Virus record (IMG/VR): IMGVR_UViG_3300045988_000232 | Span: 1-5,035 of that record | Length of the DNA stretch: 5,035 nucleotides | From: a virus | Strand: one strand, 5' to 3' | Shown here: one piece after another, positions 1 to 4,699 of the stretch | How the letters are laid out: every line of letters starts with the position of its first letter | How positions within the stretch are numbered: the first letter of the stretch is position 1 | Notes under the pieces: model-generated | The model's input: the letters and a program-made list of their open reading frames with translations, nothing else | The model's database searches: none | What the model was told of the DNA's origin: nothing | Position numbers and translations under genes: made by a program

Positions 1-55
1 CACGATAGGAGTTTGAGCAAAAAATTTCATCAAACGTTCATGAAGAATCTTCGTC
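1..55. repeat. Terminal direct redundancy (left copy), marking a circular genome of 4980 nt
   Basis: Bases 1-55 (cacgataggagtttgagcaaaaaatttcatcaaacgttcatgaagaatcttcgtc) match 4981-5035 base for base. The repeat lies inside an open reading frame that continues seamlessly across the junction, and 4980 is divisible by 3. An exact end overlap of this length is what a de Bruijn assembler leaves on a circular contig. Confidence 0.95.
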
Positions 56-648
56 GTGAGTATGGCAGTGGTATTCGTTTCCTTGGCTGCGGTGAATATG
101 GTGAACTTCATGGTCGTCCCCATTATCATTATATATTGTTTAATATTGATTTTTGTGACAAAGTTTTTCGGTTCCGCGCAGATGGTTATAACACTTATAC
201 TTCTGCTCGTTTTTCGAAAATCTGGAAATACGGTATGCACCTTATTGGTGACTTCAGTTTTGACGCTGCTGCCTACGTTGCCCGTTACATAGTGAAAAAG
301 CAGACTGGCAGTAATGCTGCTGCTCACTATAATGGCCGCACGCCTGAGTTTATGTTGGCGTCCAATCGTCCCGGTATAGGCGGAAAATGGCTTGAAGAGC
401 ATGGTGAAGAGTGTTATGCTAATGATTTCGTTGTCATCAACGGTAAGAAGATGCGTCCTCCTCGTTATTACGACAAGAAATTCGATGAAACGCATCCTCA
501 CTGGATGGAGTTCATTCGTAATAACCGTATTGAGAAGATGCTGCATAACTTAGAGAACAATACTTTCGAGCGATTGGTTGATCGTTGTCGTTTTCGGGAA
601 GGCGAGTACAAGCATTTTCTCGGCAGAAAGCTTGACAAGGTATTGTGA
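1..648 (+). CDS. VP4: Replication initiation protein VP4, C-terminal part (continuation of 4717..4980)
   Basis: Frame 1 is open from base 1 to TGA at 646-648. The HUH motif is in PHYHYILFN (H-Y-H codons at 121-129). The catalytic tyrosine motif is YVARYIVKK (Y codons at 274-276 and 286-288, i.e. YxxxYxxK). The TTG 'start' at 13 in the ORF track is an artefact of linearisation. Confidence 0.93.
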   Translation, partial: HDRSLSKKFHQTFMKNLRREYGSGIRFLGCGEYGELHGRPHYHYILFNIDFCDKVFRFRADGYNTYTSARFSKIWKYGMHLIGDFSFDAAAYVARYIVKKQTGSNAAAHYNGRTPEFMLASNRPGIGGKWLEEHGEECYANDFVVINGKKMRPPRYYDKKFDETHPHWMEFIRNNRIEKMLHNLENNTFERLVDRCRFREGEYKHFLGRKLDKVL

Positions 649-660
649 TTGTGTTATCAT
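632..660 (+). promoter_or_regulatory. Sigma70-type promoter P2: TTGACA, 17 nt, TGtTATCAT
   Basis: Perfect -35 TTGACA at 632-637, a 17-nt spacer (638-654), extended -10 TG at 652-653, and -10 TATCAT at 655-660 (5/6 to TATAAT). The VP4 stop codon (646-648) sits in the spacer. The predicted start near 667 is just upstream of the 679 ORF. Confidence 0.55.
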
Positions 661-678
661 TAAGTCAGAAACGAGGTG

Positions 679-918
679 ATGCTTATTAGCGAACTTGAAT
701 CTATTGAAAATTTCTGTAACAAGCGTAATATTTTTTTCAATTACTCTTTTCGCGGAAGCAAATATGCCGCTTACCGCCTGAAGCCTGATGATTCTAGAGT
801 TATTCGCCTAGATAATGACTATTATGTCATATCAGCTACGTTATATCTCATGATTCGTAGGTATTTAGTCGCATTTAGAAAAGGAGATGGTTCTGCTGAG
901 ACTCTATTCCATTTATGA
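679..918 (+). CDS. Hypothetical protein (orphan ORF between VP4 and VP5)
   Basis: ATG at 679 (in-frame GTG at 676) to TGA at 916-918. It fills the otherwise non-coding 240-nt gap in a very compact genome, and its codon style matches the neighbouring genes. GAGG at 673-676 is only 2 nt from the ATG, so the start is uncertain. I recognise no family. It overlaps the next gene by 32 nt. Confidence 0.45.
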   Translation: MLISELESIENFCNKRNIFFNYSFRGSKYAAYRLKPDDSRVIRLDNDYYVISATLYLMIRRYLVAFRKGDGSAETLFHL

Positions 919-1177
919 CTCCAAGGCTGAACAATTCAGCCCTCCACAGGTCTACCACAATGACATGCTTGCTCTGCGAGCTTTCGAAGGTTTGGTCAAT
1001 GATGATAAAACGCTTATTAACAGTTATCCTGAAGATTTCAGTCTTCATTATATCGGTAACCTTGGCGATTCTGATGGCCGTTACTATATTGAAAGTTCTG
1101 ACGAATCCCGCATTCCTGTACTGGTTGGTCGCGCCGTAGATTACGTACAGGATCTTGACAAAGACTCTATTAGATGA
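887..1177 (+). CDS. VP5: VP5-like non-structural protein (gokushovirus ORF5; proposed analogue of phiX174 protein C)
   Basis: 96 aa. The N-terminal pattern LYSIYDSKAEQFSPPQVYHNDMLALRAF matches my recollection of the conserved x-I-Y-D-x-K-x-x-x-F-x-x-P...N-D-x-x-A-x-R-x-F start of gokushovirus VP5. Its position between VP4 and VP3 is canonical. AAGGAG (881-886) abuts the ATG with zero spacing, so the exact start is uncertain (in-frame CTG at 893 and 896). Confidence 0.65.
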   Translation: MVLLRLYSIYDSKAEQFSPPQVYHNDMLALRAFEGLVNDDKTLINSYPEDFSLHYIGNLGDSDGRYYIESSDESRIPVLVGRAVDYVQDLDKDSIR

Positions 1178-1183
1178 TACTCT
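1155..1183 (+). promoter_or_regulatory. Sigma70-type promoter candidate P3: TTGACA, 17 nt, TGaTACTCT
   Basis: Perfect -35 TTGACA at 1155-1160, a 17-nt spacer, TG at 1175-1176 (part of the VP5 stop TGA 1175-1177), and a weak -10 TACTCT at 1178-1183 (3/6). It has the same architecture as P1 and P2, which is the main reason to call it. Confidence 0.35.
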
Positions 1184-1205
1184 AATATAGAGCGTATCAG
1201 AAAAA

Positions 1206-1236
1206 GGACGATCTCACTGAGATCGCCCTTTTTTTT
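1206..1236 (+). terminator. Rho-independent terminator (hairpin plus T8), preceded by an A-run
   Basis: GGACGATCTC (1206-1215), loop ACT, GAGATCGCCC (1219-1228). This gives 7 perfect bp (CGATCTC/GAGATCG), then one A:C mismatch, then 2 GC pairs. TTTTTTTT follows immediately at 1229-1236. AAAAA at 1201-1205 on the 5' side gives it a bidirectional look. It lies in the VP5-VP3 intergenic region. Confidence 0.6.
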
Positions 1237-1285
1237 GATGCGCCACGCCCGCCGCGTTTAGGCGCCTGCGAAAGGAGGTGAAACT

Positions 1286-1768
1286 ATGAAGTTTAGAACA
1301 GCTTATGATCCAGTCGAAACTCATGACCATTGCGGCATTGAATTCACGATGCCTTCCCTCACGGTTCAGGATGAAAAAGATGAAACTGATATCAACTACA
1401 TCGTTAATAAGTACGCAGATGGTCATAAAGGCATAGCCACTCTGGATCTCGGCGATAGTTCGCAGTATGCTTTCCTTCAGTTCGGAGATGCAACGCTCCC
1501 TGGCGATTACAGCACAGCGTTAGAGCTTGTGTCCGGAGTTCGTGAAGAATTCTACAGCCTGCCCGCCTACGTTCGAGCTAAATTCGATCACGATCCTATG
1601 AATTTCATCAACCGATTGAATGATCCTGCAACGCTCGACTATCTCCAACAACAAGGTCTGTATGGTAATAATTATACTTCTGATAAACCACAACAGTCCG
1701 TAAGTAGTGAACAAACACAAGAAAAAAGTAACACTTTAACTCGAAATAATGAAGAAACACAAAAATAG
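1286..1768 (+). CDS. VP3: Internal scaffolding protein VP3
   Basis: 160 aa. ATG at 1286 follows AAGGAGGTGA (1272-1281) with a 4-nt spacer. Motifs PSLTVQDEKDETDINYIVNKY and FYSLPAYVRAKFDHDPMNFI resemble the conserved blocks of the chlamydiaphage/gokushovirus scaffold protein. The position directly upstream of VP1 is canonical. Confidence 0.85.
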   Translation: MKFRTAYDPVETHDHCGIEFTMPSLTVQDEKDETDINYIVNKYADGHKGIATLDLGDSSQYAFLQFGDATLPGDYSTALELVSGVREEFYSLPAYVRAKFDHDPMNFINRLNDPATLDYLQQQGLYGNNYTSDKPQQSVSSEQTQEKSNTLTRNNEETQK

Positions 1769-1779
1769 GCGGCACCGAA

Positions 1780-1806
1780 GCCAGTTACTTACTTGATGTA
1801 ACTGGC
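1780..1806 (+). other. Perfect 9-bp stem-loop with loop TTACTTGAT; candidate Rep nick site/origin
   Basis: GCCAGTTAC (1780-1788) pairs perfectly with GTAACTGGC (1798-1806), with a 9-nt loop at 1789-1797. No T-run follows, so it is not a typical terminator. The structure is seen directly; the function is inferred (see findings). Confidence 0.5.
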
Positions 1807-1829
1807 GTAGGTGACGCAATAATAAACTA

Positions 1830-1869
1830 AAACCTAATAATATTTCGCTTTAGGTTAATTATTAGGTTT
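1830..1869 (+). repeat. AT-rich perfect 12-bp inverted repeat containing repeated TTAGGTT/AACCTAA heptamers
   Basis: AAACCTAATAAT (1830-1841) pairs perfectly with ATTATTAGGTTT (1858-1869), with a 16-nt loop. TTAGGTT occurs directly repeated at 1850-1856 and 1862-1868, and its complement AACCTAA at 1831-1837. It lies 11 nt upstream of the VP1 ribosome-binding site. Confidence 0.5.
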
Positions 1870-1891
1870 ACGCTCTGAAGAAGGTGAAAAA

Positions 1892-3613
1892 TTGGCTCGA
1901 AAAATTAGAGTTCGAGGTCATCGCTTCAGCGATGCTCCTGCAATGTATATGCGCCGGACGAAATTCGACCGTTCGCACGTCTATAAGACAACTTTCAACT
2001 CAGGCAAGCTTATTCCTATATTCGTTGATGAAGTACTGCCTGGCGACACTACTAGGATGTCTGTTAATTACTTCGCTCGATTGGCCACTCCTATTAAGCC
2101 TATCATGGACAATATCTATCTCGATTGGTTCTTCTTCTTCGTTCCTAACCGTCTCGTATGGGAACATTGGCAGAACTTCTGTTTCGAACAAGAAGATCCC
2201 GATGACAGTACTGATTATGTCATCCCTACTCTCATGGCCAATGATAACAAAAATAATACTTATGTAGGTTCTTTATGGGACTATTTCGGCTTGCCCGTAA
2301 ATACGGCTAATACTATAACTGGTGTTAACGCTCTTCCATTCCGCGCTGTCTACCTCATCTGGAACGAATGGTTTCGAGATGAAAATCTTCAGAAATCTGT
2401 CAAGATCCAGAAAGGCGACACTAACGAAATATTGGATTCTTCTCGCGTTTCCGATCAGCCTTCTTGGTTGTTCAAGTCTGGAACTGGCATTTTTCCCGGA
2501 TATCCGTGCCCTCCTCGAGGTAAGCGCCATGATTACTTCACTTCTGCTCTCCCGTGGACGCAGAAGGGACCCGGTGTATCTATAGGCCTTGCCGGTACCG
2601 CTACTCTAGTTGACCCTTCGCCTGTTTCAGGCTATTTCGTTCAGCAGTCTAATAATAGCTTAGGTGCTGCTCAGCTCTCTGAAGATGGTGGCGTCCATAG
2701 TGTTTTCACCGGGAGCGGTTCATTGCAGTATCAAGGTGATTATTCCACTTCTATAGCCGGTCACTCTATCAACGGTTCTGGTATAGCTACTGTTACTGCT
2801 CAACCCGGTTCTTCATGGCTTTCTAAGTCTGCTTATGCTGATCTGGATTCTTCTAGTATCTTCACCATTAACAGCTTGCGCACTGCTTTCCAAATGCAGA
2901 AGTTCTACGAACGTCTTGCTCGCGGTGGTAGTCGGTATACTGAAGTGCTTCGCTCTTTCTTCGGCGTCGTTTCTCCAGACGCTCGTCTTCAACGTCCAGA
3001 GTTTCTCGGCTCATTCACGAAGATGGTTAATGTCAATCCAATAGCTCAGACTTCCGCAACCGACGACACTTCTCCTCAGGGCAATCTCTCTGCTTATGGC
3101 GTTACTGCGTCTAGATTCCATGGATTCACCAAGTCTTTCGTTGAGCACGGCTATATTATAGGTTTCGTATGCGCTCGCGCTGATTTGACTTATCAACAAG
3201 GTATCAATAAGATGTGGCTTCGTTCTACGGTCTACGATTTCTATTGGCCGACATTCGCCCATCTTGGTGAACAGGCTATTGAGCTTCGTGAGATCTATGC
3301 CCAGGGCACTGAAGCTGATACTACTGTTTTCGGCTATCAGGAACGTTATGCCGAATATCGCTATAAGCCTTCGCAGATCACCGGTAAGTTCCGTAGCTCT
3401 GTAACTGGTGGCAATCTTGACGTGTGGCACTTATCTCAGTTCTTCAGTAATGCTCCTACTCTCAATGAGGAATTTATTACGGAAAATCCACCTGTTAAGC
3501 GCATTATTGCCGTTCAGGACGAGCCTGAGTTCTTGCTCGACGTAGGCTTCCGTTACACTACAGTTCGTCCTATGCCTATGTTCGGTACGCCCGGCCTTGT
3601 TGATCACTTCTAG
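1892..3613 (+). CDS. VP1: Major capsid protein VP1 (phiX174 F-like jelly-roll)
   Basis: 573 aa. Hallmark blocks are KTTFNSGKLIPIFVDEVLPGDT, WDYFGLP, LPFRAVYLIWNEWFRDENLQ and FQMQKFYERLARGGSRYTEVLRSFFGVVSPDARLQRPEFLG. The start is TTG at 1892, 5 nt after AAGGTG (1881-1886). It is the first possible start after the in-frame TAA at 1856. The conserved N-terminal region (HRFSDAP...RTKFDRS) lies upstream of the first in-frame ATG (1943), which has no Shine-Dalgarno. Confidence 0.95.
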   Translation: MARKIRVRGHRFSDAPAMYMRRTKFDRSHVYKTTFNSGKLIPIFVDEVLPGDTTRMSVNYFARLATPIKPIMDNIYLDWFFFFVPNRLVWEHWQNFCFEQEDPDDSTDYVIPTLMANDNKNNTYVGSLWDYFGLPVNTANTITGVNALPFRAVYLIWNEWFRDENLQKSVKIQKGDTNEILDSSRVSDQPSWLFKSGTGIFPGYPCPPRGKRHDYFTSALPWTQKGPGVSIGLAGTATLVDPSPVSGYFVQQSNNSLGAAQLSEDGGVHSVFTGSGSLQYQGDYSTSIAGHSINGSGIATVTAQPGSSWLSKSAYADLDSSSIFTINSLRTAFQMQKFYERLARGGSRYTEVLRSFFGVVSPDARLQRPEFLGSFTKMVNVNPIAQTSATDDTSPQGNLSAYGVTASRFHGFTKSFVEHGYIIGFVCARADLTYQQGINKMWLRSTVYDFYWPTFAHLGEQAIELREIYAQGTEADTTVFGYQERYAEYRYKPSQITGKFRSSVTGGNLDVWHLSQFFSNAPTLNEEFITENPPVKRIIAVQDEPEFLLDVGFRYTTVRPMPMFGTPGLVDHF

Positions 3614-3627
3614 AAGGAGCTGGTTAT

Positions 3628-4314
3628 ATGTCATGGCTTTCAAACACATTAGGTAGTGTTGCTGGTTCTGTATTAGGATCTGCAGTCCAGAACCATTATA
3701 ATTCTGCTAACGCCGCACAGGCTAACGCTTGGAACGTTGAAAATTATAAGCATCGTTATCAATGGGCTGTTGATGATATGCGTGCCGCTGGTCTCAATCC
3801 GATTCTTGCCGCGACTAATGGTATAGGCGGTTCTATTTCCGGAGCTTCAGCTGCTTCTGTAGGTATGAGCGATATCGGTTCTACCATGAACTCTGCTAGA
3901 GCCGCTAGTGCCGCTGAACGGCAGGCTAAGAATGCCGAGCATCTTGCTATATCTCAGATCGATAAAAACGTCGCAGAAGCCGATTCTACGCGTCAGGCGA
4001 CCCATGGAATAGTTCTCGATAACGGCATTAAGGCTAACAATTTAAATCTCGCTGAGCAAACTTATGAAAAACGTCTTGGCTATGAGCTTCAGCGCATGGA
4101 TCAGGAACTGGAGAACTTAAGACTCCAAGGATCTTATCTTTCTTCGGGTATACTTTCCAACATAGCTTCAGCTAATCAATCTAATTCTGCCGCGAGTTTC
4201 GCTTCCCAAAATGCTCGTCTCTCAAAGCAGGAAGCTGATTTCTATGACTCGTTAGGCGTTGGCAATTCAGGCCTTGGTCATATCCTTCGCGGTATTGGCT
4301 ATCTCATAAAATGA
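3628..4314 (+). CDS. VP2: Minor capsid / DNA pilot protein VP2
   Basis: 228 aa. ATG at 3628 follows AAGGAG (3614-3619) with an 8-nt spacer. It has a Gly/Ser/Ala-rich hydrophobic N-terminus and the block YKHRYQWAVDDMRAAGLNPILA, matching the RYQxxVxDMxxAGLNP signature of gokushovirus VP2. The position directly after VP1 is canonical. Confidence 0.85.
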   Translation: MSWLSNTLGSVAGSVLGSAVQNHYNSANAAQANAWNVENYKHRYQWAVDDMRAAGLNPILAATNGIGGSISGASAASVGMSDIGSTMNSARAASAAERQAKNAEHLAISQIDKNVAEADSTRQATHGIVLDNGIKANNLNLAEQTYEKRLGYELQRMDQELENLRLQGSYLSSGILSNIASANQSNSAASFASQNARLSKQEADFYDSLGVGNSGLGHILRGIGYLIK

Positions 4315-4327
4315 AGGAGTGGTATAT

Positions 4328-4567
4328 ATGTCTAACAAAACTACTATGATTCTAACTTTCATTGTTACTGTCGTTGTCCCTTTCATTCAGGAAGTCGTAG
4401 ATCTGATTGAAGCCCTGAAAGGTCGTTCTACTGCATCTACTCAGCTTGTGAGTAAAGTCGCATCCGACTTTTCGCACGATGTTGACAAACTTGTTGAGCC
4501 AGTTGCTAATAAGAGCAATTCTAATAAAACTAGCCGTTTTTTCGGTTCTTGGAGGGACACTAAATGA
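4328..4567 (+). CDS. Small hypothetical protein with hydrophobic N-terminal segment (79 aa)
   Basis: ATG at 4328 lies 8 nt after AAGGAG (4314-4319), so the GTG at 4319 in the ORF track falls inside the Shine-Dalgarno and is not the start. Sequence: MSNKTTMILTFIVTVVVPFIQEVVDLIEALKGRS..., a short polar/basic head, about 14-17 hydrophobic residues containing a Pro, then a polar tail. The stop TGA at 4565-4567 overlaps the next ATG (ATGA). It does not overlap VP2. I recognise no family. Confidence 0.6.
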   Translation: MSNKTTMILTFIVTVVVPFIQEVVDLIEALKGRSTASTQLVSKVASDFSHDVDKLVEPVANKSNSNKTSRFFGSWRDTK

Positions 4568-4674
4568 GACGTCGAAAATTATCTAAGCGTGGTTCTCGCC
4601 GTCTCTTTCGCCGCACCTCCAGATCTCGGCGGAAAAACTTCAAGAGAGTAGGACGTGGTGGATTCAGGATTTGA
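4564..4674 (+). CDS. VP8: Arg/Lys-rich DNA-binding/packaging peptide (gokushovirus ORF8/VP8, phiX174 J-like), 36 aa
   Basis: Not in the ORF track because it is too short. ATG at 4564 follows GGAGG (4551-4555) with an 8-nt spacer and overlaps the upstream stop as ATGA. Translation: MRRRKLSKRGSRRLFRRTSRSRRKNFKRVGRGGFRI. That is 18 of 36 residues Arg/Lys, no acidic residues, and a C-terminal GRGGFRI resembling the RGGIRL-type tail I recall for these peptides. The position between VP2 and VP4 is canonical. Confidence 0.8.
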   Translation: MRRRKLSKRGSRRLFRRTSRSRRKNFKRVGRGGFRI

Positions 4675-4693
4675 CATTCTGACTAAATCCTGA
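4664..4693 (+). other. 9-bp stem-loop spanning the VP8-like stop codon and the P1 promoter spacer
   Basis: TCAGGATTT (4664-4672) pairs perfectly with AAATCCTGA (4685-4693), with a 12-nt loop GACATTCTGACT. No T-run follows. A competing small hairpin is CTGAT (4690-4694) / ATCAG (4698-4702). Confidence 0.45.
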
Positions 4694-4699
4694 TACAAT
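4671..4699 (+). promoter_or_regulatory. Sigma70-type promoter P1 for VP4: TTGACA, 17 nt, TGaTACAAT
   Basis: Perfect -35 TTGACA at 4671-4676 (containing the VP8-like stop TGA 4672-4674), a 17-nt spacer (4677-4693), extended -10 TG at 4691-4692, and -10 TACAAT at 4694-4699 (5/6). The predicted start near 4706 gives a leader of about 11 nt carrying AGGTGA before ATG 4717. Confidence 0.6.

Noticed and set aside
13-15. TTG at 13 as the start of a 211-aa protein
   Set aside because: This is an artefact of where the circle was cut. The frame is open from base 1 and continues from 4717-4980, giving the full 303-aa VP4.
56-292. 78-aa very hydrophobic +1-frame ORF inside VP4
   Set aside because: It has a GTG/ATG start with no Shine-Dalgarno and no start/stop coupling. 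Its hydrophobicity and openness are explained by pyrimidine-rich third codon positions of VP4 becoming second positions in the +1 frame. It would only deserve attention if comparative analysis showed synonymous constraint.
1238-1261. 7-codon ORF (ATG CGC CAC GCC CGC CGC GTT TAG) in the GC-rich island as a leader peptide
   Set aside because: It has no Shine-Dalgarno and lies immediately after the T-run. It is too short and too unsupported to call.
1793-1820. TTGATG, 16 nt, TGaCGCAAT as a VP1 promoter
   Set aside because: Both hexamers are weak (4/6 and 3/6) with suboptimal spacing. I could not find a convincing promoter in the VP3-VP1 intergenic region.
2129-2140. TTC TTC TTC TTC tandem triplet in VP1
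   Set aside because: It simply encodes FFFF within the conserved WFFFFVPNR block. It is not a slippery site or a microsatellite of note.
1884-3044. +1-frame ORFs inside VP1 (1884-2267, 2322-2585, 2835-3044)
   Set aside because: The same compositional artefact applies, giving Ser/Leu/Ile-rich and stop-depleted frames. The 1884 GTG sits inside the VP1 Shine-Dalgarno, and the others have no translation signals.
4319-4327. GTG at 4319 as the start of the small ORF
   Set aside because: The GTG begins at the last base of the AAGGAG Shine-Dalgarno (4314-4319). ATG at 4328 has ideal 8-nt spacing.
4482-4510. Fourth TTGACA with GCTAAT 17 nt downstream, as a promoter for the J-like gene
   Set aside because: There is no extended -10 TG and only a 4/6 -10. 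It lies inside the coding sequence of the 4328 ORF, and the J-like gene is already translationally coupled to its upstream neighbour. It is possible but not supportable.
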